From a virus (taxonomy: Duplodnaviria; Caudoviricetes), in IMG/VR virus record IMGVR_UViG_3300020456_000177, positions 1,719 to 65,718 of that record: a stretch of 64,000 nucleotides of DNA; one strand, 5' to 3'. The stretch's first letter is position 1. Each line of letters starts with the position of its first letter. Of the stretch, positions 10,022-19,223 are shown one piece after another. The position numbers and the translations under genes are program-made. The notes below the pieces were generated by a model that saw only the letters and a program-made list of their open reading frames with translations, did not search any database and was not told the origin of the DNA.

Positions 10022-10572
10022 GTGGTACGTGTCACTAACTCTACATTATAAATCAAATATTTGAAAGTTGCTGTCGCAGTAATAGTCTGATAGTCCTGGT
10101 TTGTTGCATCGAATCTGAGTGCAGATAGACTTACTGGGAACAGATCAGTAAATTTTACTCTAGCAACACTGTTAAATTGATTGTTGAGGACAATTAGTGT
10201 ACCGTCACTATACTGTCTTTCTCTTTCAACCAAACCATCATCATTAGTTACTTCACTAATAAAGTCACCAATGCTATTTGGAAAACCTAATCCACGCATC
10301 CAATTGTGGATTGCCATCCAGTTCTCTAGTTCTTCATCAACAATGAATGTAAGTTCTAGATCGTCATATACCAGTCTGTCTCCTGGTAATGGAATCTCTT
10401 TCAAATAACTTGGTTGATTAACAACACCAAGAGTCAATCCAGGAAGGGTTGCTGTGTTTGAAAAGAAATCAACTTTAGGTGCCTTTGCCAAACTAAACTT
10501 AAACCCAACATCAGAAAGATAGTTTCTGTTTTGAATCTGTTTGTCAAACGGGTCTCTTCTTGGTGCAGACAT
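10018..10572 (-). CDS. g3: Tail completion and sheath stabiliser gp3
   Basis: NRNYLS..GFKF, PKVDFF, PGDRL.YDDL...FIVDE, FPVSLSAL.FD; follows g23. Confidence 0.85.
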   Translation of the reverse strand: MSAPRRDPFDKQIQNRNYLSDVGFKFSLAKAPKVDFFSNTATLPGLTLGVVNQPSYLKEIPLPGDRLVYDDLELTFIVDEELENWMAIHNWMRGLGFPNSIGDFISEVTNDDGLVERERQYSDGTLIVLNNQFNSVARVKFTDLFPVSLSALRFDATNQDYQTITATATFKYLIYNVELVTRTT

Positions 10573-10594
10573 GATGACTTAGACTTTACAACCT

Positions 10595-10602
10595 TATTTA
10601 TT
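10595..10602 (-). promoter_or_regulatory. Late (gp55) promoter for g3
   Basis: AATAAATA just downstream of the g23 terminator. Confidence 0.6.
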
Positions 10603-10607
10603 GGCAT

Positions 10608-10633
10608 AAAAAAAGGGGACCTTTCGGTCCCCT
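10608..10633 (-). terminator. Rho-independent terminator after the major capsid gene
   Basis: Minus strand AGGGGACC-GAAA-GGTCCCCT followed by a T run. Confidence 0.9.
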
Positions 10634-10662
10634 GCACTTCCTTCACACGGATATCTATTATA

Positions 10663-12096
10663 TCACATGAGGTTCTGAACACGTACTCTCTGGTAGTAAC
10701 GGTTAACACCAGGATATACACGTCCAAGTCCTTGGTTGTTGGCATTGCCTTCAGCAAATGGGTTGGAGATAAGACCATAACGGGTCTTAAAGCCAATTTT
10801 GGGCTGGAAGGTGTTCTCTCCAACGGCACGAACCATCTGGAGGGGAACATAAGGACAGTAGAACAGACCAGCATCATAGGGGCTGGAACCCTTGTAACCG
10901 ACAACGTAGTACTGGTTAGCAGCACTGTTGGCAGAGAATGGGTCGATGTAGACTCTGTACTTACCGTTGATGGTGCCAGCAAATGTGTTGCCGGTGTCAT
11001 CGACGTTCAGGTTAGCATTCAGAGCAGGGGTGTAATCCAATACACCAGCCATGGTCAGAGCAGAAGCAACATCAGCAGAAGTCAGGATGATGTTACCCTT
11101 CCCTCTACGAGTTCTTTGTGCAATGCGGTTGGCATCTCTTTCGATCTGGAACAGAAGTCCTTTGAACTTCTCAACCGACCATCTACCGTTGGAGTCAACG
11201 TCGAGGTCGAATGTACCTGCAGTGGCAACGTTTGCCTGAGCACCGTTCTCAGCAACCTTGTAGATCGAACGGATAACCTCACGGTTGATTTCAGCAAGGA
11301 TCTCAGTGCTGAGGATGTTAGCCAGTTCGGCTTCAGCATTCAGACCGTGGATTGCCTTAAGGTCTTGTGCCAGTTCCAGGGAGTATTCTGCCTTCAGAGC
11401 ACGGGACTTAGCAGTAACGGTAACTTTCTCGATCGAGAAAGCCATTTCACCGAAGTCCTGCTCACCGGTCTCTCCAAGAGACTCGGAAGTGCCGGTCTCC
11501 ATACCTTGACCGACGTTATACTGAGTACCAATGCCAGTGGTTGTACCAGCACCAGACAGTACAGCAGGGTTGGTTCCACGCTGATCACCTGTAGTACCGA
11601 AACCAACTGCGGCTCCAGTGAAGGGTTGACCAGAGTAGTTGCCAGAAAGAGCACCATCCCTTGTAGAGGAGAATGCGGTATCGGGCTCGTCGAACAGAGC
11701 TTCTGTGCCACCCTGAGTGGAGTAGCGGGAACGCATTGCGAAGATCAGTCCAGTAGGACCATTCATTGGTTGAACACCAGCCAGGTCATAAGCAACCAGG
11801 TTAGGCATAGAACGTCTGATCAGGGAGATCAGAACGGGGTCGAAACCAGCAACAGGACCGGATGCATCAGCACCACCACTGAAACCACCGGAAGCACCAG
11901 CAGCATTAGCAGCATTGGTGGGGGATTCGTTCAGCATTCCACCGTTGTCAAAAGCATGCTGCTCACGCAGGAATTGCTCTTGGTTCTCAAGCAGAACGGC
12001 AGTAACAGCCTTTCTGTGGGAGTCTTTGATAGGATCGCAGGACTCTGCATTCAGCAGAGGACCCCACTTCTCCATAAGTTTATCTGAATTGAACAT
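10663..12096 (-). CDS. g23: Major capsid protein gp23
   Basis: LLENQE, FDPVLISLIRRSMPNL, VQPMNGPTGLIFAMR, KSRALKAEYSLELAQDLKAIHGL, FYCPYVPL, FQPKIGFKTRYG. Confidence 0.98.
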   Translation of the reverse strand: MFNSDKLMEKWGPLLNAESCDPIKDSHRKAVTAVLLENQEQFLREQHAFDNGGMLNESPTNAANAAGASGGFSGGADASGPVAGFDPVLISLIRRSMPNLVAYDLAGVQPMNGPTGLIFAMRSRYSTQGGTEALFDEPDTAFSSTRDGALSGNYSGQPFTGAAVGFGTTGDQRGTNPAVLSGAGTTTGIGTQYNVGQGMETGTSESLGETGEQDFGEMAFSIEKVTVTAKSRALKAEYSLELAQDLKAIHGLNAEAELANILSTEILAEINREVIRSIYKVAENGAQANVATAGTFDLDVDSNGRWSVEKFKGLLFQIERDANRIAQRTRRGKGNIILTSADVASALTMAGVLDYTPALNANLNVDDTGNTFAGTINGKYRVYIDPFSANSAANQYYVVGYKGSSPYDAGLFYCPYVPLQMVRAVGENTFQPKIGFKTRYGLISNPFAEGNANNQGLGRVYPGVNRYYQRVRVQNLM

Positions 12097-12127
12097 TGTT
12101 CTCCTTTAGTTTAAGTTTGAGGATTTA

Positions 12128-13192
12128 TTATTTAATGGTAAGTGCTCTGAGATAGGCAGCCATGTGACCAGATCCCAATTCTGGTTCTGGATCAGAGACG
12201 GCTTCCGAAAGTGTCTCAGTTGCAGCAGTAGTACCCTTCTCAGAAGGGAAATATGATTCCCTCAGGGTAACAATCTTTTCACGGTATTCTTCTTCACCCG
12301 CAAACTCAACACCTTCAACTAAAGAAGCAAGCTTTTCTTTTTGTGTATCAGCAAGACCTTCTGTTACCTTTGCGAAGATACCTTCAGCAGTGGTCTCAGC
12401 AAGTCTTCCTGTAAGAGCAACATTCTTCTCAATTTGCTCGTTGAGTTTAGACTCCATTTCATCAAGTTTATCTACCATGCTCTCAAGAACATTGTACTTA
12501 TCGTCAGGGATAGTGACATAATGATCTTCAAAGAGACTCTTCATTCCAGTAAGGAACGAATCAGTCATTTCGGTCTTCAGACCATGCTCAACTTCGATGG
12601 CATTCTCAGTAAGCCACTCATCAGCGACATACTCAAGATATGCATCGAGTCTTTCTACCAACTCTTCCTTAACCGAAACAAGGTTCTCAGAGAGAGCCTT
12701 TTCGTATTCAGCAGCAAGAGTTTCTTGGACTTCACTAACCTTGGCTGTCAGAGCAGCCTCGAAAATTGTCTTTGCCTTTTCTTGGAACTCTTCACTGAGT
12801 TCCTCACCACCGAACAGAGCAGCAAGATCTTGATCAACAGAAACTTCAGGAGTCTCTACGATAGCATCTTCTGTCTTCTCTTCAGTTTCCGCAACTACCT
12901 CTTGACCTTCCTCAGCCTCAGTTTCTTCAGCATACTTAGGTGCCTTAGGCATTGCTTCAGCAGGTTTTGCACCCTTATTAACGATATCCTTTACTGTTGC
13001 CAGAGAAGGAGCCTTGAGTGCAGCCGACATATCATCGGGCTTATAGTTTTCAGGGGTAGGACCACCAAGATCTTCTACTGTACCTTGAGCAGCAGTATAA
13101 GATGCTTTCTTGGAGGTATCCATGGGGTCTGCGGCTTTCGCACCCCTTGTTACGGGATTTTCCATTTCTTGTAATTCGTTACCAGCGGACAT
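12128..13192 (-). CDS. g22: Prohead core scaffolding protein gp22
   Basis: ELSEEFQEKAKTIFEAA, YLEYVADEWL.EN, LRESYF, C-terminal MAAYL; acidic. Confidence 0.92.
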   Translation of the reverse strand: MSAGNELQEMENPVTRGAKAADPMDTSKKASYTAAQGTVEDLGGPTPENYKPDDMSAALKAPSLATVKDIVNKGAKPAEAMPKAPKYAEETEAEEGQEVVAETEEKTEDAIVETPEVSVDQDLAALFGGEELSEEFQEKAKTIFEAALTAKVSEVQETLAAEYEKALSENLVSVKEELVERLDAYLEYVADEWLTENAIEVEHGLKTEMTDSFLTGMKSLFEDHYVTIPDDKYNVLESMVDKLDEMESKLNEQIEKNVALTGRLAETTAEGIFAKVTEGLADTQKEKLASLVEGVEFAGEEEYREKIVTLRESYFPSEKGTTAATETLSEAVSDPEPELGSGHMAAYLRALTIK

Positions 13193-13231
13193 TTTTCGGT
13201 TGCTCCGATTTATTAGACTAGTGATAATCTG

Positions 13232-13243
13232 TATTTATTTATT
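13232..13243 (-). promoter_or_regulatory. Late promoter for g22
   Basis: Overlapping AATAAATA copies in the g21-g22 gap. Confidence 0.6.
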
Positions 13244-13246
13244 ATT

Positions 13247-13897
13247 TCAGAGATTTTGTAAGAAATCTTGAAATAGATTTAGTTTATTTTCCTCAAGTCT
13301 TCTTTGATCGACAAGAGTATTGACTTTCTTATAGGTTTTCTCAGCATACTTTTCGCGGAGAATTCCACCATCCCAAACCCAATCCTTACCTTCCATGATG
13401 CCATTTACAAAAGCATCTGGAGCAGAAGGATCTGCAACGATATCAGCAGCAGTGGCAAGCATAAAGTCTTCACCAACTACCTTAATACCATTACGATCTT
13501 CTTTCAGAGAACCCATGCCTCTGGAAGAAACACCGAGTTTGACACCTTCATCAAGAAGGTTCTTGGCAATGGTTCCCATGGGAGTAGAAAGAATCTGTGC
13601 TCTACCTACCCAGTTAGAACCTTCCTGTCTCAGAGAGGTAATCTTGTGGGAAACACGATCAAGGTTAATCGTAGGACCATCAGGATGACCAAGTTCTCCA
13701 AGAGCACGTCCTTTCTGAATGAAAGACTCATTGTATCTACCTACTTCTTTAGCAAGAGTTTCAGCAGGATACATTCTGCCATTACGATTCTTGATGTCTC
13801 CCTGAAGGAATACACCCTCAATGTAGAGATTCTTCTTACCGTTGCGTTGTTCAACGATAACCTCTACGTTTTCGATTTCCTCTCTAATAAGTTTCAT
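13247..13897 (-). CDS. g21: Prohead protease gp21
   Basis: LYIEGVFLQ..NRNGRMYP, ALGELGHP, GVSSRGMGS, DIVADPSAPDAFV. Confidence 0.96.
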   Translation of the reverse strand: MKLIREEIENVEVIVEQRNGKKNLYIEGVFLQGDIKNRNGRMYPAETLAKEVGRYNESFIQKGRALGELGHPDGPTINLDRVSHKITSLRQEGSNWVGRAQILSTPMGTIAKNLLDEGVKLGVSSRGMGSLKEDRNGIKVVGEDFMLATAADIVADPSAPDAFVNGIMEGKDWVWDGGILREKYAEKTYKKVNTLVDQRRLEENKLNLFQDFLQNL

Positions 13898-13901
13898 TTG
13901 A

Positions 13902-14168
13902 TTAGCCTGTAAATCCTACTTTTGCGAGTCTAACGGTTCCACCAGTGCTATGGATAAGATCGGTTGCCTTCTTCTCAATCAACTCCGAAGTGCTGTTTAA
14001 CATGGTAAAAGATCCAATACCAGCAAAGGAAGAATTTTGAACAATAATTTGAACCGTGCTACCAGAAGCATTTAGTACTCTGACAACAGTGGCACTGTCA
14101 ACTGTGGTACTGTTACCAGCTCCAGCAGCAACGGTGATTTCGTCACCTAAAACTAGTAATCTAGCCAT
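13902..14168 (-). CDS. Small beta-rich putative virion protein
   Basis: 88-aa ORF in the head module; aligns by eye to 20885..21178. Confidence 0.65.
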   Translation of the reverse strand: MARLLVLGDEITVAAGAGNSTTVDSATVVRVLNASGSTVQIIVQNSSFAGIGSFTMLNSTSELIEKKATDLIHSTGGTVRLAKVGFTG

Positions 14169-14362
14169 TAGTTCTCCTCTACTTCTGTATCAGTGGTTTC
14201 AATTTCTTCACCTTCTGACTCTCCATCAAAAAGAGAATTGGCAACGTGTGGTCTAAGTGCGTCAACTCTTTCTGCTGCTTTGTTAAAAAGCAAATCCTTG
14301 ATTTTATCACTGATCTCAGACGCGGAAGAATCCGTAGCAATAAGATCAATAACGTCGTTCAT
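14168..14362 (-). CDS. Small acidic prohead core protein (gp67-like position)
   Basis: 64 aa, KIKDLLFNKAAERVDALRP, acidic tail; directly after the portal gene. Confidence 0.6.
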   Translation of the reverse strand: MNDVIDLIATDSSASEISDKIKDLLFNKAAERVDALRPHVANSLFDGESEGEEIETTDTEVEEN

Positions 14363-14387
14363 TTTCTTAATATTGTAGTATATTGGT

Positions 14388-14395
14388 TATTTATA
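14388..14395 (-). promoter_or_regulatory. Late promoter
   Basis: Perfect T4 late consensus TATAAATA overlapping the g20 stop codon. Confidence 0.75.
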
Positions 14396-16046
14396 TTACG
14401 CCGACATCTAAATCAGTGTCAGTCATTTCATTTCCCCTCTGACGCATATTTTCTTCAGGGGGTTGTTGCTCCATTCCTGGTTGCATACCAGGTTCCATTT
14501 CAAGCATTTGATCGTTAGGATCTGGGATGATACCTCTTTCGATTTCATCTTCGATCTGAGCATCGATCTCAAGAATCTCAGTATCTTTCTGTCTCAGAAC
14601 TTTTCTGCGGACATACTCAGTAGAGTAGTATCTACCAACATATGGTTCTACCTGTTGAAGGAGTGCCATTCTGTTGTTCATCAGTTCTGCTTCTTTCAGT
14701 TCAGCAAAGTGATTATCATAAAGATAATCGAACTGAATGTGCTCAGACATGATCTCCCAATCTTCAGGAGTGCAGATATTCTTAAGCAGCAGTTGAGTTT
14801 TCAGCATATCTAAGAACAGATTGCTAAATCTCTTGCGCAGTCTACCTACAAACTTACTGAAAGAAATCTCATCACGAAGAATCTCAGAAGAACGTCCAAG
14901 GTTGAAACCATCACCAGAACCAGGCATTCTAGATTCTGGTACACCCAGAGATCTATAAAGTTTCTTCTGGAAGTATTCAATATCAGACAGTTCACCTAAA
15001 TTCTGTCCACCTGGCAGAGTGGTGATCTCAGTTCCTCTACCACCTTCACGACGTGGCAGCCAGAAATCTTCCAGCATGCTCATGTATTTCTTATCGTCAC
15101 GAATCTCACCAGTCTGTGCATTATACACAAGCTTGTTACGATAACGATTCATAACATCACGCAGATATTGTTCTGCCTTTACCTTAGGTAGATTACCTAC
15201 ATCGATGTAGAAGATTCTACGTTCTGGTGCTCTGCTCAAACGGTAGATAACCAGAGAATCTTCAATCATTCTCAGTTGATTGAGAGACTTAGTTGCCTTC
15301 TGCAGATAGGAAAGTACAGTGTGACGGTTTCTATCTACAAGACCGGATGTGCAATATGAAATAGAATCTGGAGCAAACTTAATACCTTTCTGTCCACCAC
15401 CCATCGATGGGACTGTAGTGGGGTAATTAATCTTTGGTGTGTAGATAAAGTAATCTTCTAGTTCTGGGAAGACAACTCTCTGTGCATCATCTACAGATTT
15501 TGTGTTAAACAGATCTGCTCTATCTTTATTCTTGTTCTTCTCTTTTCTTACATACCTCATCTTCAGAGCATCGATATATCTCAACTCTTGAATACCATCC
15601 TGAGGTCTCTTGATATCAATTACTTTGTTGTAATAAATTCTTCCATCAACATACCAGTTACGGAAGATCTCATGAGATTTTTTATCAAAGTCTAGAAGAT
15701 CTTTGATGTGCTTAAATTCTTTTCTAATTTTATCCTTGATGCCATCACTAGCATTCAAGTTGCTCAGATCAATTTCAACAGGAGAATCATCTAGATCACT
15801 TACAATAGCTTCATTGATTACGTTTTCAATCGCTTGATCACACTCTGGATGGAGTGCCATCTCACGATATCTACGAATCAGTTCATACTCACTCTTGTAA
15901 ACACCCTCAAAATCAATTGTCTGGCTACCAAAAGCTGTAGAGACATAAAAATCAGCCCCGTCCTCCTGAGTGGGAGGAACAGGACTGACTACACCTTTTG
16001 ATTTATCGTCGTTTTCCTCAATCGAAAAACCAAACAACCTTGCCAT
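14391..16046 (-). CDS. g20: Portal vertex protein gp20
   Basis: YRLSRAPERRIFYIDVGNLP, MLEDFWLPRREGGRGTEITTLPGGQNLG; start MARLFGF at 16046 lies downstream of a late promoter. Confidence 0.97.
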   Translation of the reverse strand: MARLFGFSIEENDDKSKGVVSPVPPTQEDGADFYVSTAFGSQTIDFEGVYKSEYELIRRYREMALHPECDQAIENVINEAIVSDLDDSPVEIDLSNLNASDGIKDKIRKEFKHIKDLLDFDKKSHEIFRNWYVDGRIYYNKVIDIKRPQDGIQELRYIDALKMRYVRKEKNKNKDRADLFNTKSVDDAQRVVFPELEDYFIYTPKINYPTTVPSMGGGQKGIKFAPDSISYCTSGLVDRNRHTVLSYLQKATKSLNQLRMIEDSLVIYRLSRAPERRIFYIDVGNLPKVKAEQYLRDVMNRYRNKLVYNAQTGEIRDDKKYMSMLEDFWLPRREGGRGTEITTLPGGQNLGELSDIEYFQKKLYRSLGVPESRMPGSGDGFNLGRSSEILRDEISFSKFVGRLRKRFSNLFLDMLKTQLLLKNICTPEDWEIMSEHIQFDYLYDNHFAELKEAELMNNRMALLQQVEPYVGRYYSTEYVRRKVLRQKDTEILEIDAQIEDEIERGIIPDPNDQMLEMEPGMQPGMEQQPPEENMRQRGNEMTDTDLDVGVI

Positions 16047-16069
16047 CTTAAAGTTTGCGTTTATTGTAC

Positions 16070-16077
16070 TATTTATC
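16070..16077 (-). promoter_or_regulatory. Late promoter for g20
   Basis: GATAAATA overlapping the g19 stop. Confidence 0.6.
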
Positions 16078-16708
16078 AGGCAATAGTACCACCGTTTCCA
16101 ACGGCTTCCCACCACTGAACTTGAAGTTCAACAGTGAACTCTTCGATAGCATCAGTGTTATCGTAGTTCAGATCAATTGCAGAAACTGCAGTTGGGAAGA
16201 TTCCATGGAACTGATAACTTCTAAGAATGGGTTGATCAGTTGCACTTTCTTGAGCACCAGCACCACCAGTTACAGGAGCACGTCCAAGTTGGTGGACAAT
16301 AGCATCAGTCTGATAATCCAGTGGATCTGTGTTACCAGAGTTATCGGATACCTTAGCAACAGAGTTCATCCATCTTTCGAAGGAACCTCTGATCGCAAAG
16401 TCAGTATCGTTGATAACAGTGATGGTCCATACATCGAATGTTCTGTCACCAGCAATCTTGAGATTACGTCCTCTGAAAGGAATGGTGATTGGTGTGATGT
16501 TGGATGCTGGAAGGTTTGCACCTTTTACCAGGAATCTGGACTTGGAATCCAGATCATTTACGCTAGGATCGACTACACCATCGGGGAAGGTCAGAACAAC
16601 CTCAAACAGATTAGGTCTGGCGATGCCACCAGACAATCTGCTTTTGAATCTGTCGATAGTACGATCAGCTGTCTTTGGGGGATTTTGTTGTTGAATTAAG
16701 TCTGCCAT
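16076..16708 (-). CDS. g19: Tail tube protein gp19
   Basis: ARPNLFEV, FRGRNLKIAGDRTF..WTITVIND, IEEFTVELQVQWW. Confidence 0.95.
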   Translation of the reverse strand: MADLIQQQNPPKTADRTIDRFKSRLSGGIARPNLFEVVLTFPDGVVDPSVNDLDSKSRFLVKGANLPASNITPITIPFRGRNLKIAGDRTFDVWTITVINDTDFAIRGSFERWMNSVAKVSDNSGNTDPLDYQTDAIVHQLGRAPVTGGAGAQESATDQPILRSYQFHGIFPTAVSAIDLNYDNTDAIEEFTVELQVQWWEAVGNGGTIA

Positions 16709-16728
16709 CGGTTTGTTACCTCTTTAGA

Positions 16729-18909
16729 TTATACTCCGAGAACTTCCTCAAAGCTGACACCCGTGCGAGTGGCAACGAAGGTCAGACCGATGAAGTTGAT
16801 GGAACGATTTGGTTTGATGTAGATATCGGCAACAAATTCATTGTTATCGATCACTGCAGCAGTGTTATTCGTCTCATCACACTTGACTACGAAGTCAGTG
16901 ATGCCTCTCTTTGCCTGAACATCACGCAGGAAAGGCTCAACGATGCTAACAAAGTTTGTTCTAGTAATCTCATCGTTGAATTCGAACATCTGATCTCTGG
17001 CAGCAGCAGAAATTGCTTTCTCCAGATAGATGAACAGACGACGAACGTTGATTCTATCGAAGGCAGATGCTCTTGCCAGAGCAGTCTTATCACCGAACAG
17101 AACAATACCGGAACCAGGTGAGAAGATGACAGGGTTTACTCTGTTAGAGTAAAGAACATCTCTCTGTGCCTTGGTTGGGTTGTATGCCAACTTAACGGCA
17201 TTCAGGATTGCACCTCTTGTGGTTCCTGCAGGAGAGAACCATGGGAAGTTGTTAATGTCGTTTCTTGCACACAGACCAGCCATGTCACCGTTCATTGGGA
17301 CATATCTGAAGGTATCACCGAATCTGTCATAGGTGTACTTGTAACTGCTATCGAACACCGCATAAGAAGATGAGGTGATAGCAGAGTAGTAACTTACCAG
17401 GTTGTCAGTGATTGTCGATGTGCTATTGAGTGAGATCATAGCACCGTCAGCAAGGAATGCTTGACGATATGGAGAAACAAATGCGACGGCATCCTTTCTT
17501 TCTTCAGCAACAGCAACAATCTTGTTGGCAATTGCTTGGGTTTCTGCCATGCCATGAGCACCAGATCCCATCAGCAGGTAATCGATGTCATAACTATCTG
17601 GATTTTCGAACAGGTCATAACCTGTAGCAAGATCACCAACGTTAACCATCAGTCCAGCATTTGTAGTAATGCCAGTTGTGTTACCGTAGTCCTTACCACC
17701 AGAGAGTGTCAGGGTTTCGTTTCCATATGCATCGAAGGTAGTATCAGATGCTTTCTGATCCCATCCACCATCACCTGCCAGGGTGAACGTAGTTCCACCA
17801 GCACCAGCTGCGAAACCAGTTGTTACAACACCTGTTGGTTGACCACCACCGAAGATATTCTGAGATTGGAATTGTAACCAACCTCTCCAGTATTGATCAG
17901 TTCCAGCAGAGAACTCAGCATCAGTTGCTTTAGACAGACCCAGATGCTTCTCAAGCAATGTACCAGCATTACCAGAAACTTTACCGAGATCGTCATATAC
18001 TACGACATGAACCTCATCGTTTCTAGCATTGCGAGCAGCACCGTAAGCAGTTGTGGTTGGTCTTTCGGCAACTCTGTTCCACTTAACGGTAGATCCAGTG
18101 AGAGTGATTGATTGCTGATCGAACCAGTCTAACTGTGCAGTGTAGGTTGACAGACCCTGTTCGTTAGATGCATTGTCATAGATGAACAATGCGGTAACAC
18201 TATCAGCACCGTTAGCAGTGTTAGAGAATCTGTAGATACCACCAGGTGTATAGTCTCTGTTGGTTACAGTATTGTCAGCAGCAACGTGTGCTACAAACTT
18301 AACATCAACATTGGTTCCGTCTACGTTGGTGACAACTCCTTTGAAGTAACCATCGAGAACAGAAGTCGATCCGGCACCAGGAACAACAGTGTTGGCAGGT
18401 ACTCTCTGAGTAACACCGTATCCAACCTGTAGAGCTGTACCAGAATAACCAGTCAGTCTTTGGTCTGCTTTACCATCAATAATGGCAACTTTGAGACCGT
18501 TTGACCAGGTTCCTGGGTTCTTGGCAACAAAGGTAACATTGTTGATCGTGTTAGTATCATACCCTTGGTTGGTGTAGTCCTCTGGACTCTTAACCTTGAT
18601 ACTAGTTGCAGATCCAACTTTACCATTGTAGAGACCAGCATTGTCTGATCTTACAACTCTTGCTACCCCACCATAGGCAAGATAGGAAGAAGCAGTATAC
18701 CAATACTCATATTGGTTATTTGCTGCATGGGGTTCACCGAAATTGTTAAGCAAGTCTGCTTCAGTTTCGACTAATGTGGGAGTTTCTACTGGTCCTTTTT
18801 CAAATGGAGCAACGATGCCAGCAACTTTATCAGAAGTGGGATCTACGCGTCCAGCCGTAAGGTCTACTTCCCTTACGACAATACCAGGAGATGCTAAATT
18901 CAGTGGCAT
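16729..18909 (-). CDS. g18: Tail sheath protein gp18
   Basis: SPGIVVREVDLT, PWFSPAG, FGDKT, AFDRINVRRLF, FEFNDEITR. Confidence 0.97.
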   Translation of the reverse strand: MPLNLASPGIVVREVDLTAGRVDPTSDKVAGIVAPFEKGPVETPTLVETEADLLNNFGEPHAANNQYEYWYTASSYLAYGGVARVVRSDNAGLYNGKVGSATSIKVKSPEDYTNQGYDTNTINNVTFVAKNPGTWSNGLKVAIIDGKADQRLTGYSGTALQVGYGVTQRVPANTVVPGAGSTSVLDGYFKGVVTNVDGTNVDVKFVAHVAADNTVTNRDYTPGGIYRFSNTANGADSVTALFIYDNASNEQGLSTYTAQLDWFDQQSITLTGSTVKWNRVAERPTTTAYGAARNARNDEVHVVVYDDLGKVSGNAGTLLEKHLGLSKATDAEFSAGTDQYWRGWLQFQSQNIFGGGQPTGVVTTGFAAGAGGTTFTLAGDGGWDQKASDTTFDAYGNETLTLSGGKDYGNTTGITTNAGLMVNVGDLATGYDLFENPDSYDIDYLLMGSGAHGMAETQAIANKIVAVAEERKDAVAFVSPYRQAFLADGAMISLNSTSTITDNLVSYYSAITSSSYAVFDSSYKYTYDRFGDTFRYVPMNGDMAGLCARNDINNFPWFSPAGTTRGAILNAVKLAYNPTKAQRDVLYSNRVNPVIFSPGSGIVLFGDKTALARASAFDRINVRRLFIYLEKAISAAARDQMFEFNDEITRTNFVSIVEPFLRDVQAKRGITDFVVKCDETNNTAAVIDNNEFVADIYIKPNRSINFIGLTFVATRTGVSFEEVLGV

Positions 18910-18944
18910 CTTTCTCTCCTTTCGTGTCCAAATTATGCTAGAGT

Positions 18945-18952
18945 TATTTATT
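18945..18952 (-). promoter_or_regulatory. Late promoter for g18
   Basis: AATAAATA about 35 nt upstream of the g18 ATG; SD GGAG present. Confidence 0.65.
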
Positions 18953-18992
18953 AAAAGGTATGTTTACGATGCGGAAACACTGCGAAAACACA

Positions 18993-19223
18993 CTACCAGT
19001 CAGGATACTCCCACTTTGCTTCATGGTCGTTATCCATCCGATTTCTTAGAACTCTATCAATAGTGCATGGTTTACATTCATAAGAATATGCTGATGGAGC
19101 TCCACCTCTGTCTTTTCTAGTCAAATAAAAATCAGTCATAAGATCTTTAACCTTACCACATGTTTTACATTTTCTTTGTTTGAAAAGAAGATGTTCTAAT
19201 ATAAATTCCTCTTCAATATCCAT
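18993..19223 (-). CDS. Small CxxC...CxxC zinc-finger protein
   Basis: CKTC...YSYECKPC; likely start MDIEEE at 19223 coupled to the g17 stop. Confidence 0.65.
   Translation of the reverse strand: MDIEEEFILEHLLFKQRKCKTCGKVKDLMTDFYLTRKDRGGAPSAYSYECKPCTIDRVLRNRMDNDHEAKWEYPDW

Noticed and set aside
10531-12087. 518-aa + strand ORF antisense to gp23
   Set aside because: In codon register with gp23, so it is open only because gp23 avoids TTA/CTA/TCA; no recognisable motifs
12341-13912. 277-aa and 202-aa + strand ORFs opposite g22 and g21
   Set aside because: Same in-register antisense shadow of codon-biased genes
16047-16115. N-terminal extension of gp20 in the ORF track
   Set aside because: Overlaps g19 and spans the late promoter; MARLFGF at 16046 is the better start
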